Shown: one piece after another, positions 38,588-45,531 of the stretch | Layout of the letters: each line of letters begins with the position of its first letter | Position numbering within the stretch: the stretch's first letter is position 1 | Virus record (IMG/VR): IMGVR_UViG_3300010429_001449 | Source of the DNA: a virus | Lineage: Duplodnaviria; Caudoviricetes | Direction: 5' to 3' (one strand) | DNA length: 64,000 bases | The notes under the pieces: model-generated | The model's input: the letters and a program-made list of their open reading frames with translations, nothing else | The model's database searches: none | What the model was told of the DNA's origin: nothing | Position numbers and translations under genes: made by a program

Positions 38588-40099
38588 TTAAAAAGGACAA
38601 TCGGCCTCGTCGAACTCCGTGTCCGCGTCGGCTATTGTCGCTGCTGGTTCCACAGAAAAGTCCGCTGACTGATCTCCGTCGTAAGAGACAAGAGTACCGA
38701 ACGGCGGACGATACGAACCAAACTTCAGCGCGGCATTACGATCCGTACGCTTCACAATCCACAGGAGGGGAAGCGGCGGCTCTTTCTTAGGGAACGTCCC
38801 CATCAAGTCTGTGAAGTAACAAATTCCCGCATACTGTCCGTAACCTTCCTTCGCCAATCGAGCAAAGGGCGGGCGGAAGTCCGTGCCGCCGCGCCCGCCC
38901 CACCTGTACGGAACTTCGTCGTGGGGGCTGAGAACTTGGTCATAGACTATGGCGGCATCACAGCCTATCAACCGAATCTTCGTGATGCCTTTGGACGTAA
39001 GAATACCTCTGGCCTCCGAGACGAACTCGCGTAGATGTTCGTCGGAAATGGAGCCGGACGTATCAATCATCACAATCAACTGCTTGCCTTCGTCGAAAAG
39101 ATCGGGCAGATAAACGCCGCGACTCCAAACGCCGTCGTGCAAAACAGGCATCAAACGACGGTCGGGAATGCCGAAGTCGTAGTCATCCCGGACGATTTCA
39201 GATACGAATGTTGTAAAGAATTGCTGCCACGGGATGACAGGATTCAACAAGTCCTTAATCAAAGACTCCATAGAGCCGGGACACCTTCCGTGTGCGGCGG
39301 CCAACTGAGCGGCGCGAACCAGTTTCTTTTGCCACGCCCTCTCCAACGACTCTTCAGTTTCCGGCGATCCATTCTTGTAGTCCGCGCCGGACGCCGCAGC
39401 GTCCGACTGGTCGTTCCCGCCTTCGCCAGGGGTCTGACTCTGCTCCCCGGCTTGATCATCACCGTCCTGCGAAGACCCGTCTGGAGCCTTTTGAGCCGCG
39501 TCTTGATCTTCGTCTTGATCCTCGTCACCGCTGTCCTTGCCAGCAGACGAATCGTCGGTATCGTCATCGTCAGGGCGATTGTCCTTCTCCGACGGCGTGC
39601 GGCCATGTTCTCTATCATTCTTCTTGAAATCGCCAGTACCGTCGCCGGGCGTTAAGTCTTGAAGCGGGCATCGTGGGTTATCCGGAAGGAGACTGAATAC
39701 GCGCTCGACGGTCATTCCGGCATACTGAGGATCACAAGGCCACGCGGCAGGAACAGAAAAACCAGCGCGGTCTTCCGACACCTTGTCCTCGGCCAACATC
39801 AGATTGACTACGTGATCACAAGCGACGTTCCACTTCTTGAGATCGCGCCCCATTCTACGGCGTCCGAAAACGTGCCTTAGCGCTACGTGCAGTACTTCGT
39901 GGGCCAAAAGGGTTTGACGCTCGGAATCGTTCAATTGCATCGCGTAGGCGGGGTTTACGGCCATTTCCTTAGCCGTTACGCCCGCCGTGGGAACCCGGTG
40001 GGTCAGACGGATGGGTAGGTCGGCCAAGAGATAGCCGTAAAAAGGCCGCGAGAGCAACAGACGTGTCCGCGCCCGCTTTATGGCCTCAGACAACCGCAT
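38588..40099 (-). CDS. DUF2201-type metallopeptidase plus vWA protein
   Basis: LAHEVLH; WNVACD; acidic linker; IDTSGSI; GRGGTDF; YFTD. Confidence 0.88.
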   Translation of the reverse strand: MRLSEAIKRARTRLLLSRPFYGYLLADLPIRLTHRVPTAGVTAKEMAVNPAYAMQLNDSERQTLLAHEVLHVALRHVFGRRRMGRDLKKWNVACDHVVNLMLAEDKVSEDRAGFSVPAAWPCDPQYAGMTVERVFSLLPDNPRCPLQDLTPGDGTGDFKKNDREHGRTPSEKDNRPDDDDTDDSSAGKDSGDEDQDEDQDAAQKAPDGSSQDGDDQAGEQSQTPGEGGNDQSDAAASGADYKNGSPETEESLERAWQKKLVRAAQLAAAHGRCPGSMESLIKDLLNPVIPWQQFFTTFVSEIVRDDYDFGIPDRRLMPVLHDGVWSRGVYLPDLFDEGKQLIVMIDTSGSISDEHLREFVSEARGILTSKGITKIRLIGCDAAIVYDQVLSPHDEVPYRWGGRGGTDFRPPFARLAKEGYGQYAGICYFTDLMGTFPKKEPPLPLLWIVKRTDRNAALKFGSYRPPFGTLVSYDGDQSADFSVEPAATIADADTEFDEADCPF

Positions 40100-41402
40100 C
40101 CTCGTCCTCCTCAGCGTCAGTCAGGACTTTGTCGGTCGGCGAGAGGTACTGCTCGGAACGAACGAGAGCGCCGTACTTCTTCTCGAAGGCCAGATAATCG
40201 TCGTTGTCGTAAGCCAGCATCGCGCCCTGCGCACGAAAGAAGGGCATTACGAATATGTCGCAGATACCGCAGGCCGCTATCTCAGGGGAGCGATCCATAC
40301 GCTGCACAGCATACTTGCAGTAGTTGGCGAACGCGGAAATGATTTTTTCCCGCGCTGTCTGCCGACGTACCACGCTCGCCAACGCGCCTGCAAAAGCATA
40401 CGACACGTCGGCGCGTTTTGGCATTGGGATAGACATAAGGCCGTCCAAGATGACCGCTTCGGGATTGGGCATTTCGCTCATAACGTCGCAAAAGGCGGAA
40501 AACTGCGTTCCCGCGCCCGATCCGACAGAACCGTTTATGAGACTCAAAGCGGCATTAACGTCTCCATTCGTCAAGGAGAGCCAGTCTGACACCGTTTCCC
40601 AACTGCGCGGAGTACAAAAAGCTTTCTTGTGCTTCGCGGGATCAAACTGAAAAAGCAGTTCCGGTTTGAAGGTCAGGAACGATGCGATGCGAAAATCAAC
40701 ACCGATGCGAAGCGCCCACAGCTTCCAGTCTCTCAAAGACGGCATAAGTTCCAAGTGCGTGAAGCGGTTCGCCAAAGCACTGGACATAGGATTGACGATT
40801 GCGCGATCCGTCTCTCGGTTGCCGCTGGCGACGATATAACAGTCGTCGGGAAGATTGTATTCGCCGACATGACCATCCAATACCAATGAGTAAGCCGACG
40901 CCTGTACTGCATTCGGCGCGGCATTCAACTCGTCGAGATGAATGAGATATCCAGGCTTCGTCGGCAGAAAGGACGGATGCCACCATTCGGTCATCCGCGT
41001 AATCTCGTATAACGGCTCTCCAGCGGCATTCAACACAGGTTCGCCGCCTTTATACACAGCAAAGTTGCCCGTGTCATCCTTAACGTTCTTCCCGTCCGCG
41101 TCCAGAACGAACTCGCCGGGCAGCCGTACCAAGGGGGTCTTGCGTTCTTGCGCGACAGGAACGCCGCGAAGGTCAACAGGATTCAACAAGGACATGCGCA
41201 AGTCGATGAAGTTCAGCCGCTCCTCTTTTGCGATCTCGCGCATCAAAGCTGACTTCCCAATACCCGGCGGACCCCACAGATGTGTGGCCCGTCCGCCGCG
41301 CCGCAACTTGCGCGAACGAACGGCAATCTGCATAGAATACTTGACTTCTGCAAACGAAAGCGGCGCTAACTGCACGTCACCGGTACTTGCTGCGGCGGGC
41401 AT
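40086..41402 (-). CDS. MoxR-like AAA+ ATPase
   Basis: Walker A GPPGIGKS; LDELN; ASGN; ALANRF; TPRSW. Confidence 0.9.
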   Translation of the reverse strand: MPAAASTGDVQLAPLSFAEVKYSMQIAVRSRKLRRGGRATHLWGPPGIGKSALMREIAKEERLNFIDLRMSLLNPVDLRGVPVAQERKTPLVRLPGEFVLDADGKNVKDDTGNFAVYKGGEPVLNAAGEPLYEITRMTEWWHPSFLPTKPGYLIHLDELNAAPNAVQASAYSLVLDGHVGEYNLPDDCYIVASGNRETDRAIVNPMSSALANRFTHLELMPSLRDWKLWALRIGVDFRIASFLTFKPELLFQFDPAKHKKAFCTPRSWETVSDWLSLTNGDVNAALSLINGSVGSGAGTQFSAFCDVMSEMPNPEAVILDGLMSIPMPKRADVSYAFAGALASVVRRQTAREKIISAFANYCKYAVQRMDRSPEIAACGICDIFVMPFFRAQGAMLAYDNDDYLAFEKKYGALVRSEQYLSPTDKVLTDAEEDEDAVV

Positions 41403-41447
41403 AGCTGATTCCTCTAAGGTCGGGTTAGCTCGTTTACACCTAATCCT

Positions 41448-41475
41448 AGTATAACAGCGTCGGCCAAAATGTCAA
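41448..41475 (-). promoter_or_regulatory. Promoter TTGACA-N16-TATACT
   Basis: Motif family copy. Confidence 0.8.
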
Positions 41476-42206
41476 GGAAGTTTTATGATGAGTTTCGGGT
41501 TGAACCGGTCGTTGACGGTATGTCCATAGTAACCAAAAGGATTGCACACAACGCGGGTGTTTCCCATTGTGTAATCGCAACTGGAATGAGTGTGTCCGTG
41601 AATCCAGAACATCGGCTGTCTGTCTGCGATAAGTTTCTCCATGTCGCAGAGAAAGAAACAGTTGGTCATACTGTTCTTGAAATATGGAGCAATGCTCTGC
41701 CGCGCCGGAAGATGATGCGTGACAACAATGGTTTTGTCGTCAACAACGTCGTCCAAAAAGGCGATGGCACGCCTATTGTCATCCTCAACCTCGTGCGTGA
41801 AATTGCTGATTTCCGAGAAATCGGCGATATGGTCGCGGAGCGTGGCGCACTGATATGTCCAACGGAACCAGAGAGGCGTTCCGGCGAACTTGTAACCGCC
41901 TATGTCTATGTCAACCGTCGTGTTGTCCAGCACGGTCAATCTTGGACACGCAGCCGCAGTATCACGCAGCGTAGCGCGAACACGAGAAAAGCTGGAAGAA
42001 TAAAAGTCGTGGTTGCCAGGCACATACAAAACGCGAGGGTACCGCGTACAAAGCAGTTCCAAAGAAATGCCTATGCCGCCGGAAACGTGATTGTCCCCCG
42101 CCACGACCAGAAGGTCTACGCCATCTGGATCAAGGCTCTTAACGAACTCAAGTCCCATATCGGGATAGAACTCGAAGTGAAGATCGGACAAGACTTGAAT
42201 GTTCAC
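41472..42206 (-). CDS. Calcineurin-like metallophosphoesterase
   Basis: SDLH, AGD, GNHD, THH, HGHTH. Confidence 0.92.
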   Translation of the reverse strand: MNIQVLSDLHFEFYPDMGLEFVKSLDPDGVDLLVVAGDNHVSGGIGISLELLCTRYPRVLYVPGNHDFYSSSFSRVRATLRDTAAACPRLTVLDNTTVDIDIGGYKFAGTPLWFRWTYQCATLRDHIADFSEISNFTHEVEDDNRRAIAFLDDVVDDKTIVVTHHLPARQSIAPYFKNSMTNCFFLCDMEKLIADRQPMFWIHGHTHSSCDYTMGNTRVVCNPFGYYGHTVNDRFNPKLIIKLP

Positions 42207-43015
42207 GGCGACGCTTTCTCCGAGACAGATTCCTACCAGCTACGACCCCTTCTTCACGCCAAAGTCTGCGTTGGCGATCCGCCGCGCATCCAGTACGAGC
42301 GCCATTCCGTCCTTCTCAAGCACGAAAGCATCTGGCTGATGTTCGGAGCAAAAATGATGGTCTTTCGACGTTCTCCAAGGAAGGCGCAAATGCTCCGGCC
42401 TCTCGCCCCGCGTGTCAAGCACCTTCCCGCACACGCTGCAGAGAATTTCGTGGTAGAGTGTGCCACGGTAACTGCGAATACTCACATCGACTCCTTGTCC
42501 GCGATGGGCGGAAGTGTATGCTTGTTCTTGATGGTGATATTCACTACGTTCCCAGCAGAATCTCTGTCCACTACGCCCACAACAGGTGTTTTGGTTCCGT
42601 CTGGAAGCACTAGGATCAACTGAACCGTCTCACCGAGATTCTTGAAAGCGTCCGGCGGAAAGCAATCGCCGTTCCTGTTTACAACGCCTGTTCTCAGAAC
42701 AACGGCCTTCTGCTCGCAGTCCATCTTAAAACTCCTAACCAACGAAGACGTGCCACGCATCGCCAAGCATAACAGTCCCTACAAACTCACCACGATTCGC
42801 CACCAATACGCCGTCGTTCCTTACAATCGACACAATGCGCGTTACTTTGTGCAACGTCTCCGCGTCCGCCTCAAGCCACAACCAGATTGAGCCGTTGATG
42901 CCGATGACGGAAAGCGCCTTCGCGCCGTTCGGCACGTCGATGGGGCCTTGAATCCCTCTCAGGTGCGTAATGTCAACCTTCACGATACGGCGGGCCATAA
43001 CGACCTCCTAAAAGA

Positions 43016-43090
43016 TGGTGTTCCGGCTTGGATTCGCACCAAGAACCTGCCCCTTATAAGGAGGCTGCTCTACTCTTGAGCTACCGGAAC
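43016..43090 (-). tRNA. tRNA-Ile(TAT)
   Basis: GCCTC-CTTATAA-GGGGC; T-loop TGCGAAT; ACCA. Confidence 0.85.
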
Positions 43091-43094
43091 ATTG

Positions 43095-43168
43095 TGGTGG
43101 CCCCGCCCGGAATCGCGCCGGGACATCCGCCTTATCGGGACGGCGCTCTACTATTGAGCTACAGGGCC
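43095..43168 (-). tRNA. tRNA-Ile(GAT)
   Basis: CCGTC-CCGATAA-GGCGG (C33); T-loop CGCGATT; ACCA. Confidence 0.8.
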
Positions 43169-43174
43169 ACGGTA

Positions 43175-43534
43175 TCAGTCAACGACCACGACCTTCTTGC
43201 CGCGAAACAGAGCTTTCTTAACCGTGTCTTCCGTACCGCCTTCGCGGCTCGGGTGAACACAGGCTATCAGAACGTCGGCGTCGTCGGCAATATCTGTGTT
43301 CCTGACAAACGCCGCGCCTTTGCCGAAACCTTCCCAGTCGGGGTAATGAATCGTTATGGTCGCGCCGAACTTCTTGGCGAGCCGCTGTGCAAAACGGTCG
43401 CCGCCCAGAGCGCATCCGCCAGACACGATTCTGTCGCCAGGCTGAAACTCCACCAAAAACGCCGCCTTGACCGCGAGATAATCTTTCTCACTGTCGCGGC
43501 TTCTGGCTCCTACAATGCCGATGACTTTACCCAC
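43175..43534 (-). CDS. SLOG-family (DUF2493/YspA-like) protein
   Basis: IGIVGAR; IVSGGC..GGD; AAFVRN; GGT. Confidence 0.75.
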   Translation of the reverse strand: MGKVIGIVGARSRDSEKDYLAVKAAFLVEFQPGDRIVSGGCALGGDRFAQRLAKKFGATITIHYPDWEGFGKGAAFVRNTDIADDADVLIACVHPSREGGTEDTVKKALFRGKKVVVVD

Positions 43535-43778
43535 CGTTTTTTTCTCCGCATCCGATCCTCTGCAGAACACCTTTGAGAAACGGGGGCGTCAACAAGCTCT
43601 CGCACTCAAGATCGCGCACCGCGCTCGACAGGATATGCGAAATCTCCCGAGGGCTGTAACCCTTCTTGAGATAATCCGCGAAGATCGGCGCGAGGGCGCG
43701 GAACGCCGCCACTTCGAGCGAATCGGCGTCGCTCGTGTAACGATGGTCTTTGTCGAACAAACTTTTCCGCATCTTCAT
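43527..43778 (-). CDS. Small hypothetical protein
   Basis: GYSPREISHI resembles the N-terminus of 8106-9071. Confidence 0.6.
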   Translation of the reverse strand: MKMRKSLFDKDHRYTSDADSLEVAAFRALAPIFADYLKKGYSPREISHILSSAVRDLECESLLTPPFLKGVLQRIGCGEKNGG

Positions 43779-43795
43779 CTCAACCTCGCAAAGAG

Positions 43796-43872
43796 TGGCA
43801 CCCCCGGAAGGACTTGCACCCTCAGTATCTCGGGTAGAAACCGAGTGCCTTATCTGGTTGGGCTACGGGGGC
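43796..43872 (-). tRNA. tRNA-Arg(TCT)
   Basis: CTCGG-TTTCTAC-CCGAG; T-loop TGCAAGT; GCCA. Confidence 0.87.
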
Positions 43873-43885
43873 TACTGCTGCACCT

Positions 43886-43913
43886 AGTATAACAGCGTTG
43901 GGGGAAATGTCAA
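43886..43913 (-). promoter_or_regulatory. Promoter TTGACA-N16-TATACT
   Basis: Motif family copy. Confidence 0.8.
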
Positions 43914-43918
43914 GGCTT

Positions 43919-43956
43919 AAAAAGAATAGGGCCGAAAGATTCTTCCGGCCCTATCT
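43919..43956 (-). terminator. Intrinsic terminator ending the Y RNA array
   Basis: ATAGGGCCGGAAGA-A-TCTTTCGGCCCTAT then TCTTTTT. Confidence 0.8.
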
Positions 43957-43968
43957 TGAGTAAGTGTC

Positions 43969-44037
43969 GGGTTGACGAGGGACGGTCAAGAGTGGTTCAT
44001 GGTTATCATTCATGTACTCCTGACCAGCATTCAACCC
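43969..44037 (-). ncRNA. Y RNA-like unit 1 (minimal, no tRNA module)
   Basis: GGGTTGAATGC...TACAT...CTCGTCAACCC. Confidence 0.8.
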
Positions 44038-44046
44038 AAAGAGATT

Positions 44047-44167
44047 GGTTGACGAGGGGCGCACGAGAGATTAGCAGGATTCGCACCTGCAATTCCCCGA
44101 AGGGAAACTTGCTTGTTAGGCAAGCGCGTTTGCTTTTTCGCCATGTACTCCCGTACTGCATTCAACC
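44047..44167 (-). ncRNA. Y RNA-like unit 2 (Leu-type D, anticodon, long variable and T arms; no acceptor)
   Basis: GGTTGAATGC...TACATGGCGAAA; CTTGC-CTAACAA-GCAAG; GCAGG-TGCGAAT-CCTGC; CTCGTCAACC. Confidence 0.8.
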
Positions 44168-44179
44168 AAAAAGAGGCGA

Positions 44180-44382
44180 GAGGCCGACGAGGGATGCGGA
44201 GTCTAGTTTTCGCGCTCTGCCGCTGAGCTACCCGCCCGAAGAACCCCGCCAGAGGCCCCTACCAGTCGCACACTTGCGGCTGATGTTCGGCGTCCGTTGG
44301 GGAGGAATTGGTGGGCGGGGCAGGAGTCGAACCTGCGACCTCGGCTTCCAATTAGCATGTAAACCCCACTGCATTCGACCTC
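44180..44382 (-). ncRNA. Y RNA-like unit 3 (YrlA-like permutation with internal CCA and long linker)
   Basis: T arm, CCCGCCC-ACCA, about 70-nt linker, GGGCGGG, D arm, all inside GAGGTCG/CGGCCTC. Confidence 0.8.
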
Positions 44383-44404
44383 AAAAATTCGCGGAAAGAA
44401 AGCA

Positions 44405-44557
44405 CAGTCGACGAGGAAATGAGAGACTTGGTTTTTGCTACGCTCCCATAGTGGCGACCGCCGGATTTCCCCGACAGGTCGCCGTTGGTGGGAGCGGCTC
44501 TTTCGAGCATCTACAGATTTACGGTCTGTTGCATGTAATCCCTCTGGCATTCGACTG
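44405..44557 (-). ncRNA. Y RNA-like unit 4 (opened at D arm; internal CCA)
   Basis: ACAGA-CCGTAAA-TCTGT, GAAA hairpin, CGCTCCC-ACCA, linker hairpin, GGGAGCG-TAGC. Confidence 0.75.
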
Positions 44558-44597
44558 AGTTCTCTCTTGCGGAGCCGTAGCCCCGCGAAAAGGATTT

Positions 44598-44719
44598 GGC
44601 TGACGAAGGTGAAGAAACTTTACCGCTTTCGCGGATGGCGGGAATCGCACCCGCAACGTTCTGTTTACGAGACAGATGCTCTGCTATTGAGCTACATGTA
44701 GTTCCTTCGGCATTCAGCC
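44598..44719 (-). ncRNA. Y RNA-like unit 5 (D, anticodon CGT and T arms; no acceptor)
   Basis: TAGCTCAATAGCAGAGC; TCTGT-CTCGTAA-ACAGA; GCGGG-TGCGATT-CCCGC inside GGCTG/CAGCC. Confidence 0.8.
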
Positions 44720-44731
44720 AAAAAGAGGAAA

Positions 44732-44873
44732 GAGACCGACGAGGGTTTTGCAAGTCGTATGTGTTTGACCGCCGCTCTACTACCTGAGCTACTCCCGGCT
44801 TGCGCCAGAGGGCAGGACTTGCACCTGCGACCAGCGGTTGCGATAACATGTAGACCTACAAGCATTCGGTCCC
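44732..44873 (-). ncRNA. Y RNA-like unit 6 (classical YrlA topology)
   Basis: T arm, acceptor closed by a GCAA loop, D arm, anticodon stem ACCGC/GCGGT leading into the Ro stem. Confidence 0.85.
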
Positions 44874-44888
44874 CTTTGTTACAGAAGA

Positions 44889-45008
44889 AGGCTGACGAGG
44901 TATTTGAAGAGACAACTTCAAGCGCCGAAGCGCTTGTTGTAGGGGTCGAACCTACTATCGAGGCTTGCGCCTTGATGGTATCCATGTAGTCCCTTCGGCA
45001 TTCAGCCT
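44889..45008 (-). ncRNA. Y RNA-like unit 7 (T arm between two tetraloop hairpins)
   Basis: GCAA hairpin, GTAGG-TTCGACC-CCTAC, TTCG hairpin, inside AGGCTG/CAGCCT. Confidence 0.78.
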
Positions 45009-45017
45009 AAAGAGATC

Positions 45018-45142
45018 GGGCTGACGAGAAATGACCGCGACGTTCAGAGTATTAGTCTGTTGCCTAGCTATTAGGCTACGTTTCCTTTGGTGGAAATGAT
45101 GGGAGTTGCACCCATAATGTAGTCGCAATCGGCATTCAGCCC
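45018..45142 (-). ncRNA. Y RNA-like unit 8 (opened at variable loop; whole permuted cloverleaf)
   Basis: T arm, CATTTCC-ACCA-AA-GGAAACG, D arm, CAGA-CTAATAC-TCTG, inside GGGCTG/CAGCCC. Confidence 0.8.
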
Positions 45143-45152
45143 AAAGTTGTTA

Positions 45153-45292
45153 GCGGCTGGCCGGGATTCAGGGGACGAGCAATTCAGTTCTCGCCACGGG
45201 GTTTTGTACGTTCATTCATTAAACCCGCTGCTCCCTGTCCCAACGCGCTTCTAAGCTTTCGCTCGCCGCTACTTGCTCCACGCTGCAGCCGC
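45153..45292 (-). ncRNA. Candidate structured ncRNA (copy B), leading the Y array
   Basis: Closing stem GCGGCTG/CAGCCGC; inner GGGAC..GAGCA/TGCTCGTCCC; motifs shared with 11234-11375. Confidence 0.5.
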
Positions 45293-45348
45293 ATTCAATC
45301 TAGCGATGTCAAAGAACAGCACGGCGTCGCTTGCTAGGCGATACCCTT

Positions 45349-45376
45349 AGTATAACAGAACCAAGGGGAATGTCAA
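45349..45376 (-). promoter_or_regulatory. Promoter of the Y RNA array, TTGACA-N16-TATACT
   Basis: Motif family copy. Confidence 0.82.
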
Positions 45377-45408
45377 GGCTTTTTCACAAAAAAATCCCGA
45401 AGTTCGTC

Positions 45409-45484
45409 GACTCTGAGCAAAATATTATGCTTAAAAGTGCGCGAAACTTCACACAGATTTAAGCATAATTTTTTGCCCGGAGTC
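45409..45484. repeat. AT-rich imperfect palindrome
   Basis: Perfect 12-bp arms ATTATGCTTAAA (45424-45435) and TTTAAGCATAAT (45458-45469), extending outward. Confidence 0.7.
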
Positions 45485-45521
45485 AAAAGCGGAAGGGGCG
45501 GGGGCTGCCTGCCCCTTCCGC
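45485..45521 (-). terminator. Intrinsic terminator after the Ro60 gene
   Basis: GCGGAAGGGGC...GCCCCTTCCGC-TTTT. Confidence 0.8.
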
Positions 45522-45531
45522 GAGCGTCCGA

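Noticed and set aside
43956-44989. ORFs 43956-44558, 44203-44550, 44511-44849, 44692-44985
   Set aside because: They overlap structured RNA units and show no protein motifs.
43969-45142. CRISPR array interpretation of the repeated motifs
   Set aside because: The repeats are short, degenerate and pair across each unit, the inserts are structured and vary widely in length, and there are no cas genes. A Y RNA array fits much better.
44047-45142. Ordinary or pseudo-tRNA genes within the array
   Set aside because: The arms are permuted or lack an acceptor, and all are enclosed by the same conserved handle helix.
45421-45436. dif / XerD site
   Set aside because: TTATGCTTAAA resembles a XerD arm, but there is no XerC arm at 6-bp spacing; the partner is an inverted copy 22 bp away.
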